A stretch of DNA of 64,000 nucleotides from Azolla caroliniana (taxonomy: Eukaryota > Plantae > Polypodiophyta): the NCBI GenBank assembly GCA_043228905.1, contig JBHGNT010000006.1, positions 6,758,001 through 6,822,000 of the forward strand, read 5' to 3'. The position numbers and the translations under genes were made by a program. This document shows positions 26,355-38,871 of this stretch, one piece after another. The notes beneath the pieces are model-generated. The model worked only from the letters and a program-made list of their open reading frames with translations, had not been told where the DNA came from and did no database searches. Within the stretch, counting starts at the first letter, position 1. Each line of letters begins with the position of its first letter.

Positions 26355-28497
26355 ATGGCTGCATCAGGGATCCTTTTAAATCCTTCTCCTTTAGAAGATT
26401 TCGATGCAGTCGCAGCCCGGCACAATGCAATTTCATCGACCCTGAAGCCTATACAAGTGTTGATTGCGACTTTAGGGGAACAATCATCTATGGTTCCTCT
26501 AGAAGTATCAAAGTATGATACTGTAGCTTCCATCAAGATAAGAATTCAAGCTCACCGAGGATTCTTTACTGATCGGCAGAGACTTGTCTATGCGGGTAAG
26601 GAGCTCACGGAAGATGATAAGAAGCTTCGAGACTATGGAGTAAACAATGGTGATGTATTGCACTTGGTATTACGCATGTCTGACCTTGTTTCTCTCACTA
26701 TTAGAAGTGCTAATGGGAGCTCCTTTGTTTATAAAGTCATGCAAAAAGAGAATGTGAAAGAACTTGGTAAAATGCTTTCCTTAGATCAGGGGGAAGGATC
26801 ATCCTTATCCCTTAGCCTGCATGTGAATGCAATACTCAAAGGGGAGAATGTTGAGGACCTTACTGACATAAAGGAGATTATTCTCAAAGGGGAGACTCTT
26901 CTATGCCTCAGAGTGATTAAGCCAAATGTGAGGTCAACTTCATTTGGCCGAGGTGAGGTGGAGCTTCTGGTTACGTCGAATATCAGTAGTAGTGTACTAA
27001 GCTTAGATAAGTTGCCTGATACTAGTCTGAAGGTAAGAAACTCAAATATTGATAATAATTTGGTTTTTGAAGATAGGTTGCCTGATACTATTTCAAAGGC
27101 AGATATCTTGTCTCAGAGAATAGCAAAGGTGGGGAAGTTATATGAATCTGTCTCACTTGCGCAAAAAAAGGTCTCAATAACAAGTAAAGAAGGGCATCAT
27201 AGCTCAATTAGCCAGAAAGGAAGCTTATTCTGTCAACATCCTTCCTTCAAGAGCCATCCAAAGCTCTTAGTACCCAAGTATCCTATCTCGTTCGAGCTTT
27301 CTCCTCTTGTTCGAGAACTTGTAGACCATTGCAAGATGGGCTTGTATGCTGGATATTCTCCCAAGCTCACCCCGGAAGGTTCTGGAGGTGTTTATATGAT
27401 GAAAGATGAGAGTGGTTTGCGCAATGTGGCAGTGTTTAAGCCTTTGGATGAAGAGCCCATGGCTGTAAATAATCCTCGGGGCTTCTTTCCATCCGATAGT
27501 GTAAAGAATGGAATTCTCAAAGAAGGGTTGAAGAAGGGAACAAGGAGTGGAGAGGGAGCCTTAAGAGAGGTAGGGGCTTATATACTCGATCATCCGATGT
27601 CAGGTCCTCGAGCGCGAACAAGGGAAGATGTGGCTAGGCGTGCAGTGGAAGGATTTGCTGGTGTTCCTCCAACTGTTATGGCAAAATGCTATCATGAGGC
27701 ATTTCATTATGCCTCTTTTGATGATCATGTGCACCTTAAGGCAGGGAAGATGGGTTCCCTTCAGAAGTTTGTTGATGCATTAAGTAGCTGTGAAGACATG
27801 GGATCCTCGAAGTTCTCGATGGCGGAGGTTCACAAGATCACAGTTCTTGATATGAGGCTAGCAAATACTGACCGAAATGGAGGCAATATTCTTGTTTGTA
27901 AGGGATCCGATGGATTGTTGAAACTCGTTCCTATCGATCATGGCTATTGTTTACCGGAACAAGTAAGCATTTTATCTTGTTTCCATTGGATTCATATTAT
28001 GATTTTTTTTTGTGAGGTTAGGTTCCATCTCAGCTTGTTTTCTTAATTTGCTAGAGATATTATTTGGACTTGGTTTTTCGTATCGTGGGTCATGATTGAC
28101 AAAGCCTTGTTGTCTTGTGTAGTTTGAAGAATGCACCTTCGAATGGCTCTATTGGCCCCAAGCACAGAAACCTTATGGACCTTCTGCTGTGGAGTACATC
28201 AAATCCCTTAATGCCGATGAAGACATTGAACTCCTCCAGAGTTGTGGGTGGAATCTCCGGCCTCAATCGGCTCGTGTTCTGAGGATCTCCACAATGCTCC
28301 TCCAGAAAGGTGCTTTAGCTGGTTTAACACCATTTGAAATCGGCTCTATTATGTCCCGGGTTGAATCTCCGGATGTGAAGTCTCCTATCGAGCTCATTCT
28401 TGAAGAGGCTGAAGCCATGAATGTGAAAGAGAAAATCTTTCTCAATGTTGTCTCAGGCATGCTGGATAAGTATATTGCTTCTTTGAAGGAGCAGTGA
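26355..28497 (+). CDS. Type II phosphatidylinositol 4-kinase gamma with N-terminal ubiquitin-like domains; exons 26355-27962 and 28123-28497, ~660 aa
   Basis: Ubiquitin-like domain (DTVASIKIRIQ...QRLVYAGKEL..LRDYGV) and kinase motifs GSGGVY, AVFKPLDEEP, REVGAYILDH, GSLQKF, RLANTDRNGGN, PIDHGYCLPE|FEECTFEWLYWPQA. Phase-0 intron 27963-28122. A 5'-UTR intron may lie at 25881-26252. Confidence 0.93.
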
Positions 28498-29180
28498 ATG
28501 CTCACAACAGAACTCTGTATAGGCTACCATAATAGTGTGTCCCGTAAATGGGGGTTTTCTCACTATTCATATTAATCCAAAGAGCTTTTGATGCTTTCTA
28601 CCCCTTCATTATTATACAGAAGTAGGGGGGTACAACTTTCCATTGCTTCTAAGAAAGTTTAAAAGAATTGGATTGTGCATCAAGAGTTTAGAGAGATTTA
28701 GGTTCATTATTGACTTATCTATATCATTATATGACTATATCCTGATTCGTAACATAATCCACTTTTATAGGTCAGACTTCCGACCAGTCGAAGTTTATCT
28801 GACCTCTTGGGTTATTACTATGGTTATCAGCGTATATATATTATATTTATGGAACTCATGCAAATAAGAAACTTGTCAAATTTAAAATCAGACTTGAATT
28901 TTTGTCTATAAGCAAACCCATTTGGGGCATGCATTTGAAGTGTTAAACTCATTGTGCAGCCTTTTTCACATGTACAAATGATGTTTCTACTTTTAGGATT
29001 TAATATTGATTATGCAATCTTCTTACGGGTCATGCAGTTGATTTAGTTTTCATGTGCTGTAAAAACCCACATCCAATAGAATGGAATCGGATGCTTAGAA
29101 AAGATAGATGGTTGACTTGGTTTTCAAATGCCCATGACACTGTTTGTTTTTGAGTCTGTAAAAGTGCTGGGGATTTTCAC

Positions 29181-29404
29181 TTGATCGAGAAAGAGTCACT
29201 TTGATTTGGGACACAAATGTTTAGGTAGCCTGAAAACTGAATGTAGGTACAGGGTCATCTTCAACAATGAATACATATTTCTCTATGCATTGATCGAGAA
29301 ATAGTCACTTTGATTTGGGACACAAATGTTTAGGTAGCCTGAAAACTGAATGTAGGTACAGGGTCATCTTCAACAATGAATACATATTTCTCTATGCATT
29401 GATC
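29181..29404. repeat. 109-bp near-perfect tandem duplication
   Basis: Copies start at 29181 and 29290. Confidence 0.93.
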
Positions 29405-29911
29405 CAAATTGAGCAAATCTTTATGGTATGTGTAGATTTTCCTTCTTTTGTGATAATGTTTAGGTAACATTTGCATGTATTGTGTAGATTGTTTAAGTAT
29501 AATGCTCAAGGCTTTGCCTACATTATTAGTGATAATAGGGAGATTGAAATGGACGGCACCTTCAGTTTTGTTTGCACATCTTATCTATGGAAGTCGTATA
29601 ACCTCCCTAGTTTTTCATTGTGGGAGAGTGAGGGAAGCTCATCTAGGTGATTAGTAGAGTAAGTTGGTTGTTTGGGAGTCATTGAAGAATGTTCCTACCC
29701 ATTCCCACCTCATGACGTTAGGGTAGGGAGAATTATGTTTTCTTAAGACATCGTGCGCTGGCACATCTGCTTTGGTGTTGCTATCGATGACTTAAGTCAC
29801 ACATGTGTGAAGCTTTTGGTAAGTTCTCAAGGCAAGCAAGCGTAATAACACAAAAGGAAGAGACTTGCGAGAAACAGGGCACTAAAGGCAACCCAGCATG
29901 ACCAACAAAAG

Positions 29912-30165
29912 CTCAAATTGAATGGTTTGTCTCTCAAATCTCTCCTGTCTTTGGTAACTTTTTTCTTGATTTTGCAGTTTTAAAAATATCTTTATTTAAT
30001 CTGTGTTTCATCATTTTATTTATTTTAACGTCTGTTAACTCAAATTGAATGGTTTGTCTCTCAAATCTCTCCTGTCTTTGGTAACTTTTTTCTTGATTTT
30101 GCAGTTTTAAAAATATCTTTATTTAATCTGTGTTTCATCATTTTATTTATTTTAACGTCTGTTAA
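29912..30165. repeat. ~127-bp near-perfect tandem duplication
   Basis: Copies start at 29912 and 30039. Confidence 0.93.
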
Positions 30166-32708
30166 TTCCTAATCTTCCCCCCCCCCCCCTAAAGACTTTT
30201 GTCTTTATTGTGTTGATTTCCTCATGAACTTGACTAATCAAGCAATTAGGGAAACAATCACACCAATTGCCTAGAAAGTACACAAAGTACTTTTGGTTGT
30301 TTAAAAGACTTAGGATATTTTATGACCCTCTTGATTCGATGGTGGTTAGTACCATAAACCACCCATTTCCCCATTAAAAACTCCTCATCTATTGACCAAT
30401 ACTTTTGTTGGCATTGGAACCTACCTCATGACAACAATCTCATGATATATTGGCTTAGAATGCATGAACACCCAAAAAATCTCATGATGGAAAACCTGGA
30501 AACCATGATAGATATTGAGTCACAATAGTACACTTAAAACTCATGATAGACCACAACATCTGACGATTGAATTGTGAATTCACAAGACTCATGATAAGAG
30601 TAGAAATCTGAGCTCACAATAGACCAAATCTCATGCTTGAATGGCAAATTCACTGGACATGGCAGTGTAGAACTTCAAGGTCGTGAATGAAGCATATCCC
30701 CCAGTCACATGATAAAACTTCAGGAACAAAAGAACTTTGAATGTCATGAAATAATCACAAAATGGATCGAACCTCTAATGCATGACACAGAGTAGCTCAT
30801 GTTAGAATCTAAGTTTAATCAAACGATACAATCGTAAACTCATGAAGGTCCATGTCAATCACACAACCACCCATTAAATAAAGGAGAAAACCTTTACTTT
30901 TGAATGTCATGAAGCTTAAAACCTTCCTAGAATTTTCTAATTGCAAACCCTGCTTTTTGAATCATCCAGATCACTTGCAGCTATGACCTATTACACCATG
31001 ACAATCTAGATAAATAGATCCAAATCCAAACCTAGACCATCTGTAGAAGATGACCAAAAAAAAGATTTTGCTAGTTGGTGATGTATTTCTGGGACAAACA
31101 AAATTAGACCTGAACCAAAGGCTGACAATGGCAGCACCTCAACCAGTTTAATCTGTAAACATGGCAGTTAATACTAACCTTCGCATCTTAGGGCACGATG
31201 GATATGACATCTTACAAATATCTTAGGACCTGGAGCTAGAATATACAGTACCCACTCCACAGACTACTCTTCATGAACACTTATGCCTATCCCAGAGTTC
31301 TCAATAGCTCTTGAAATCTAATCTATATAGGTTCTCATGACGATAGGGACAAGAACAAGAGTTGTTGCATCCAATCCTACACTAAGAACATACACAAACA
31401 AAAAGACAACCCATTGATCCAGATAGCCACTCAAGCACAACCAATTTTGCGGCCAAATTGTCACTGCATGACCCCACGACGAGAAATTGTGGATAAAAAT
31501 TGAATCTAAAACACTTGCCACCACACAGCACTGAGTCATATACATGGATTGTGTCCATATGCTGGCCGTAGTAGATGGAATGTACTCCATAGGCACAAAG
31601 TGTTGTGATGAAGACGAATCGACCATACCATGCTTCACCTCTAGTGTTCAACGTTGTGAATAGTTGTGGGAAGATCAGGAGGAAGTACACCTGATGTGAC
31701 ACATTAATTAGACCCAATATGAAAAGGTCTAATTAAGTCCAGCTTGTCAAAAGATATAAGAGTGGAGACAAGGATTTCCCAACCCTATCCCAAACCCATT
31801 GAAAGGGCCAATGCAATAAGCATGCCAAACAAGGTGAGACTGAAATCAAAGACTTATAGCCCAAGGACAAGGTGATTGACCAAAAGGGAGTAAACGTCCC
31901 AAAGCATTTCAAAACATACAATCAAGGCTGTGGAAGACCTATGAAAGAAGCTTGTGAAAGACACTAAAAATAAATGCCTTTTCAATGTTGACTTCAATCC
32001 CTCATACTTTGGAAAAAAACGGGAGTTGACTTCGTTAGAGCCATCACCCTAGCCTCGAGTCACAACCATTGATTATTGCATGGCGGAGCCAATGCCAAAT
32101 CTTGTATGAAAAGTGCCTCTAGAGAAACCACCCACCCCACCGGCCACTCGTGTGGAGCCTGCACCATTGCCACTATTTTTGTTGAGATCGGCTAAGGGCA
32201 TGGAATCTTGCAGGACTGATGTAATCGAGGTAAAAATATATAGCACCAAAAATGAATATGCTACAATTGATGGAAATTATTGGTATGTGCTAGATCATTT
32301 GTGGGATGAAGCTCCCATTATTATATTAAAGGACGTTTAATTGCCATTGCAGTTTTTCTTTGTACTATTTTCTCACAAAGTAGGTTAGGCATCACATGCC
32401 TAAACTATTAAATCTTCTAGTGTTTCAACTACTGCAACATGACATCTATTATGATATCATTACGGTCAAGTATTAAACACCAAAAATGCCTCCTTATTCA
32501 CAACAAACACAGAAGTTTTAGCTATAATATGATAAGGTGAGCAATTCAAGGATTTCATTTATCTTCTGACCTTTTATTGATCAGGAAACCAAAGTTAAAC
32601 TTTATTAGATTGCGTATTTCTGAGACTTCAATGTTCATCAACATTTATAGTATCAATTATATGCTCTCATACTTGTTACTCTTATAAAGAGACTAGATTC
32701 AAAGAAAC

Positions 32709-35700
32709 CTAACTTTGAAAAGACTGAGAATTTATATTTATACAAGCAGACAATAAGTTAACATTTTTACTAGCATCTGCATCAAACAAAATACTTTTTC
32801 CTTGCTTCTTTTTGAAACTAACACATTTCAGTTTCATAGCTTCGACCTTTTCTGCATCTTTTTGCATCCCAGCAGCTATGTAGATAGTAGCCATAAGAAC
32901 ATATGGTGCAGCACAACTCCTATCTACTTGTACTGCTCGCTCAAAAGCCAATCTTGCAAGCTTCACATTTCCCCATTTTCTACAAGCCCCCAACAATGCA
33001 AGCCAAACTTCAATAAAGTCGAAAGATGACATTACCTCTATCACAGACATTGCTTTATTAAAGAGCCCAGCAAATGCAAACACCATAACCATACATGCCT
33101 GATGCTCTAACCTTGGCATGATACTATACTTCTCGGTCATGCTTTGGAATAACATTTCTGCCTCATTATATAAGCCAGAATGACTACATGCACTTAGAAC
33201 ACATAGGAATGTGACCTCATCTGGAGTGAGACATTCACGTTGCATCTTGTCAAAACAGTTAAGTGCTTCTTGGCCTCGCCCTTCTTGGGCATACCCAGCA
33301 ATTAGTGCATTCCAAGTGACAACATTCCGGACTGGAAACTCTTTAAGCACTTGAGCAGCTTTCGTAATCATCCCGCATTTAGCATACATATCCACCAAAG
33401 CATTTCCAAGCATAATATTCTTCACTAGCAAACCCCTCTTTACAATCTCCTCATGAATTTTTTCGCCTTTGTCTATCGCCCCTATGCTGCCACATGCCTT
33501 CAAGATGCAAATGAAAGTCACGGCATTTGCAGATATGCCCTCATTTTGCATCTTTTCATAGCATGTTAGTGCTTCATTGCCTTGCTCTTGTTGGGCATAC
33601 CCTCCAATCAGAGAAGACCAAGAGACTTCATTTTGAATAGGAAGCTCTGCCATTACTTTCTGTGCTTTTACAAGAAAACCACATTTCACATACATATCCA
33701 CTAAAGCATTTCCCAGCACAATTTCCTTCTCCAGCAGACCCCTACTCACAATCTCCGAATGAATTTCTTTGCCTTTGTCTACAGCTCCAATATTACCACA
33801 TGCTTTCAAGATACAAATAAATGTGACTACATCTGGAGAGAGTCCCTCACTTTGCATCCATTCAAAACAGTTCAGCGCTTCACTACCTCTGTCATATTGG
33901 ACATACCCTAAAATCAATGCATTCCATGAAATTACATCTCGAATATAAGTATATTCAAGTACTTCTAGCGCTTTTCCAAGGAAACCAGATTTGATGTACA
34001 TATCCATCAGGGCATTTCCAAGTAAACTATCTTTCTCCAACAAAAAACTAGTCACAATCATGCTCTGAATTTCTTTTCCTTTTTTTACCAATTCATTATT
34101 ACCACATGCCTTCAAGACACAAGTGAATGTGATTGTCTCTGGAGAAACAGCCTCACTTTGCATCCGCTGAAAGCAGTCTAATGCTTCATGATACTGCCCC
34201 TTTTGGGTGTAAGCTGAAATTAGTATATTCCATGAGACTCTGTCTCGAACGAGAAGCTCATTGAGAACCCCTTGTGCTTTTTCAAGCACACCACATTTGG
34301 CATACATATCCATCAATGCATTCCCAAGTTTAATATCATTCTGCAGCAATCCTCTATTCTCAATTGCGTCATGAATTTGTTTGCCCTTGTTCACAGCTCC
34401 TGTCCTACCACAAGCCTTCAAGATGCAAATGAGGATCCCTGCATTTGAAGAAATACTGTCACCTTGCATCTGCTCGATAAAGTTCACTTCCTCATAGGCA
34501 GATGAAGATACTACGTTTTGAATAGGAATCTCTCCAAGCACCTGTCGTGCTTTTTCAAGCTGACCACATTTCACATACATATCCACTATAGCAACACCAA
34601 GTAGCATATCCTGTTCAAGAAATCCACCACTCACAATCTTCTCATGAACTTGTATGCCCTTGGCTCTATCTCCTATATCACCACAAGCCTTCAAGATACA
34701 ATAGAAGGTGATTACATCTGGAGAGAATCCCTCACTTTGCATCTTTTCAAAACATGTTAATGCTTCACGAACTAGCCCATCTTGAACATATCCTGCAATC
34801 AGTGCAGACCACGAAATTATGTTTCGAACACGAAGCTTTCCAAACACTTCTTCTGCTTTAGCAAGCAAACCACATTTGGCATACATATCCACCAAAGCAT
34901 AACCAAGAAAATCATCCTGTGTGAGCAATCCCCTTGCCACAATCTCATCATGAAATTGCTTTCCCTTATGGACCTCTCTTGTGCTACCACAAGCCTTCAG
35001 GATGCAAATGAAAGTGACTACATCAGGAAACAAACCTTCTTTTTGCATCTGTTCAAAACAATCCAGAGCTTCTCGACCTTGACCTAATTGCACATGCCCT
35101 GCAATTAGTGCATTCCAAGAAACTACATTTCTAATGGGAAGCTCTTCTAGTATTCTTCTTGCTCCTGCAAGCATGCCACATTGTGCATACATGTCTACCA
35201 AAGCATTCCCAAGTATGGTATCCTTCTGCAGCAAACCCCTGATGACAATCTCTGTATGGATTGCTGTACCCTTCTCTAAAGCTCTAGTGATTGTACAGGC
35301 CTTTAGGGTGCAAATGAAAGTGACCCCATCCGGAGAGATGCCCTCACTTTCCATCTGTTCAATACAGTTTAGTGCTTCATTAATGCGCCCCTTTTTGGCA
35401 TACCCTGTGAGTAATATATTCCAAGAAACTAAATCTCGAACTTCAAGCTCATTGAGCACTTGTCGTGCTGTTGTAAGCACACCACATTTGGCATACATAT
35501 CCACTAAGGCATTCCCAAGCATAGTATCTTTCAGTACCAAACCTCTACTTGCAATCTCATCATGAACTTGTCTGCCCTTATCAATAGCTTCTTCACTAGC
35601 GCAAGCCTTTAAGATGCAAATGAAAGTCACAACGTCTGGAGAAAGGCCCTCAATTTTCATTTGTTCAAAACAATTTGATGCTTTATGGCATTGTCCATGT

Positions 35701-36644
35701 TGGGCATACCCTGCAATTACAGCATTCCAGGAGGCAACATTTCGAACAAGAAGTCCTTCAAAAACCAACTGTGATTTTCCAAACATGCCACATTTGGCAT
35801 ACATATCCACCAAGGCAGTGCCAAGCACAATATCTGTCTCCAACAAGTAGCTACACAGTTGTATAATCTCTTCATGAATGCTTTGTCCTTTTCCTATAGC
35901 TCCGACACTGCCACAAGCCTTCAAGAGATAAACGAAGGTGACTGCATCTGGGGAGAGTCCCTCATTCTGCATACATTCAAAACAATTCAGTACTTCATGA
36001 TATTCCCCATGTTGAGCATACCCTGCGATTAGTGCATTCCAGGAGATTAAGTCACGAACACTAAGGTTTTTGAGCACTTCTTTTGCTTGTACAAGATCTC
36101 CACATCTGGCATACATATTAACCAAAGAAGTGCCAAGTATAGCATCCTTCTCCAAAATGCCCATCTTTGCAATCTTTGCATGAATTTGTTTGCCCTTGTC
36201 CACAGCTCCTGTGATGCCACATGCTTTCAAGATGCAAGTAAAGGTGACAACATCGGGTGAACAGCCATTGCTCTGCATCCGTTGAAAACAGGTTAATGCT
36301 TCATGTCCTTGCCCCTGTTGGACGTATCCTGTGATTAGGGCATTCCAAGAGATTGTATCTTGTGCTGAAAGCTCTTCAAGAACTTGTTGTGCTTTTGCAA
36401 GCACGCCACATTTGGCATACATATTGATTAAGGTGCTGGCTAAATAAGGGCTCTTTACAAGTAAACCCCTCTGCAGAATATCATCATGTAACTTGGAGCC
36501 TCCATACAGATCTTTCTTCTTAGCGCAAGCTTTCAGTAAGTTCACAACAGCAAAATCTTCCCTATAATAATCAGCTCCAAAATCCATTTGATGTGTTTCA
36601 TTAGGCTTTTGATGAACGGTTGACATAGTTAATATTCTCCTCAT
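32709..36644 (-). CDS. Long PLS-class PPR protein (~1310 aa, E domain, degenerate PG-box, no DYW)
   Basis: Intronless 1316-codon ORF of PLS triplets ending in E motifs and KKKQGKSIL. First ATG at 36644. Confidence 0.9.
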   Translation of the reverse strand: MRRILTMSTVHQKPNETHQMDFGADYYREDFAVVNLLKACAKKKDLYGGSKLHDDILQRGLLVKSPYLASTLINMYAKCGVLAKAQQVLEELSAQDTISWNALITGYVQQGQGHEALTCFQRMQSNGCSPDVVTFTCILKACGITGAVDKGKQIHAKIAKMGILEKDAILGTSLVNMYARCGDLVQAKEVLKNLSVRDLISWNALIAGYAQHGEYHEVLNCFECMQNEGLSPDAVTFVYLLKACGSVGAIGKGQSIHEEIIQLCSYLLETDIVLGTALVDMYAKCGMFGKSQLVFEGLLVRNVASWNAVIAGYAQHGQCHKASNCFEQMKIEGLSPDVVTFICILKACASEEAIDKGRQVHDEIASRGLVLKDTMLGNALVDMYAKCGVLTTARQVLNELEVRDLVSWNILLTGYAKKGRINEALNCIEQMESEGISPDGVTFICTLKACTITRALEKGTAIHTEIVIRGLLQKDTILGNALVDMYAQCGMLAGARRILEELPIRNVVSWNALIAGHVQLGQGREALDCFEQMQKEGLFPDVVTFICILKACGSTREVHKGKQFHDEIVARGLLTQDDFLGYALVDMYAKCGLLAKAEEVFGKLRVRNIISWSALIAGYVQDGLVREALTCFEKMQSEGFSPDVITFYCILKACGDIGDRAKGIQVHEKIVSGGFLEQDMLLGVAIVDMYVKCGQLEKARQVLGEIPIQNVVSSSAYEEVNFIEQMQGDSISSNAGILICILKACGRTGAVNKGKQIHDAIENRGLLQNDIKLGNALMDMYAKCGVLEKAQGVLNELLVRDRVSWNILISAYTQKGQYHEALDCFQRMQSEAVSPETITFTCVLKACGNNELVKKGKEIQSMIVTSFLLEKDSLLGNALMDMYIKSGFLGKALEVLEYTYIRDVISWNALILGYVQYDRGSEALNCFEWMQSEGLSPDVVTFICILKACGNIGAVDKGKEIHSEIVSRGLLEKEIVLGNALVDMYVKCGFLVKAQKVMAELPIQNEVSWSSLIGGYAQQEQGNEALTCYEKMQNEGISANAVTFICILKACGSIGAIDKGEKIHEEIVKRGLLVKNIMLGNALVDMYAKCGMITKAAQVLKEFPVRNVVTWNALIAGYAQEGRGQEALNCFDKMQRECLTPDEVTFLCVLSACSHSGLYNEAEMLFQSMTEKYSIMPRLEHQACMVMVFAFAGLFNKAMSVIEVMSSFDFIEVWLALLGACRKWGNVKLARLAFERAVQVDRSCAAPYVLMATIYIAAGMQKDAEKVEAMKLKCVSFKKKQGKSILFDADASKNVNLLSACININSQSFQS

Positions 36645-36679
36645 CTCTTCATCCACCAAAGAGGGAGAATATTATATAT

Positions 36680-36826
36680 CGTCCACCAATCTATGTCACC
36701 TTGTGAGCATCTACATCTAACATCTGGTGATCGAGAACTCTTTTGTGTTTTACCGTCCACCAATCTATGTCACCTTGTGAGGATCTACATCTAACATCTG
36801 GTGATCGAGAACTCTTTTGTGTTTTA
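36680..36826. repeat. 74-bp tandem duplication upstream of PPR gene 4, overlapping a decayed PDF motif
   Basis: Copies start at 36680 and 36754 and differ at about one position. Confidence 0.93.
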
Positions 36827-38871
36827 AACACCAAAGTTCTCTCGCTCTTTTTCTCAACAAAATTGGATCCTTATTACATCGTTCTTCTTGGATCCCATGG
36901 GTCATATTAGCCTCCTAGTGACATGAAATTTCATGTCTATCTATCTCAAAAACCCAGAATCAGCAGTTTGAAGGCTCTTCACATCACACCAGCTCATGTT
37001 GTACAAACTGGGATGGGCCCACTAGCTATGCGTTTCATACTTGTATACCAAAAAGATATAGAGTCTCTAGATTTAGAACTGGCATCCCCACTTATCCTAG
37101 ATCTCAGACTTCCTGATTAGCTATACAAATTTCCAGTTTCTATGTTTATCTTTTTCTTTTGCATCTTGCCAACTTCTTTTGTTCTAGATACACAGAGCAC
37201 ATACGCACTTGTACATGATTTGTCACAATGCCTGCCAGTTTTGGCTTCTAGTAGATGTAAAAAAAAAAAAAAACTCTTTACCTCTCTATCTTAAAAGAGC
37301 GGCTATTCATGATCAGTTGGTGCACATCCACTCAGACCACCACCTATGGCTTCATTAGACCACATCCACTGATGTGGAAGATCCTCAGACAAGCCCCTAG
37401 TTAATCACTTTTATACCTCATTTGTATAGGAATGTATATGATCCTGCAGTTCCCAGAGCATGCATACTCCTCATTTGCCCCTCATGTTATCATACTTTTT
37501 GTATCTATTTTATTTTTTCTGCATAAGCAAAGGACACATACACATGAACAAGTATTTTTGTTGTCATGGGCTGCCCTTGGACTCTAGACTAGATAAAAAT
37601 CTAACTCCTCTGTAGCCATGTTCCAACCCCATTCATCCCCCCATAGCCCAGAGCAGGCATCCTACTGAATGTCAAGCAATACGGCGATGATGTCCGGAAC
37701 ATTGTCCACAACCCCACTATCTCAATAAGATAAAAACCCATTATCGCCTGCCATGGGAGCCAGAAGCCAGGCTACTGTAACTCTTTCAATCTGAAACATC
37801 CAATGAGAGAGACATAGTGAGAACAACAGACCTCAATTGCAACAGTAATCAAAGTCAATTGGCTAGAGATAGGCCCACTACCTGGTGGATGACCCATCAA
37901 TCAGTTTGCCAACATTTTGTGATCTTGACATAGAGATAGGGCTATAACTAGGTTAATAAATAGGTTCATAATCAATTGTACATCTTCTTCCTCGTTGTTT
38001 CCTTTAAAGAGTTTTTCTCTTTGTAAAGCAAACGCTCACTTCCTCAAGGTACAAGCATTTGTTGCATCTCTGCCATCAGTAAGTGGTTCGTGTTTAGAAG
38101 GAAGGGCGGTTGCCTAGTGCATTCATAAGCACACACAGGCAACTATGTATAGTAAAGTCCAATAATTCTGGAGTTATATGAAAAAAAGGAAGAAGAGATG
38201 TGTTTTTATGTGAAGACAATTCGATTTTAGATCTATATGGCTCATATATAATGTCAAAGCTAAAGTTCTATCACGTTTTTCTTTCTTTATTTCCCAGAAA
38301 TCCCTTGGATTTTTGTTATTCCTTAGATATCCTTATATCAAACCTTGAAAAAAAGAAAAATGGAATGAATTGGCCAAACTCAATTGCTCCAATTGCACAT
38401 ATAATTATGAAAAAAGGGATGAATGAATTATAAAATTTCACAAATAGCACATATAATTTATCTTTCAAGAGTTGGCAATGGGCATTCGGGTAAGTAACCG
38501 AATCCAGAGGCATTTGTGGGAATAAACATATGCATGCCATTTTCTCTAGCAAACTTTGTGATTAATCATTGTAATGTGACACGTGCTAATGAATGAGTAA
38601 GTGAGAATTAATATGTTGCATAGTATCTGTGATATATTTCATACAAGTTCTTTACCAATGACATAACATGTTTGCAATTCGTGTGTGTATACATATGCAT
38701 ACACACATTATACATTGAAGGTGTATCACTTGGTAACGATACAAAATATTAACATTGGTGAAACAATCACAACTATTATTATACAAAATTGTCCTGTGCT
38801 AGAGCTCTATAGCAACAAGCTATACATGAAGTTCCATGTATCTTATCTCTAGCAAGTGCGAGGAGGACAAC

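Noticed and set aside
31300-32300. Possible degenerate LINE 3' end (Trp-rich minus-strand ORF pieces)
   Set aside because: No intact zf-RVT or RT motif, poly(A) tail or TSD was identified.
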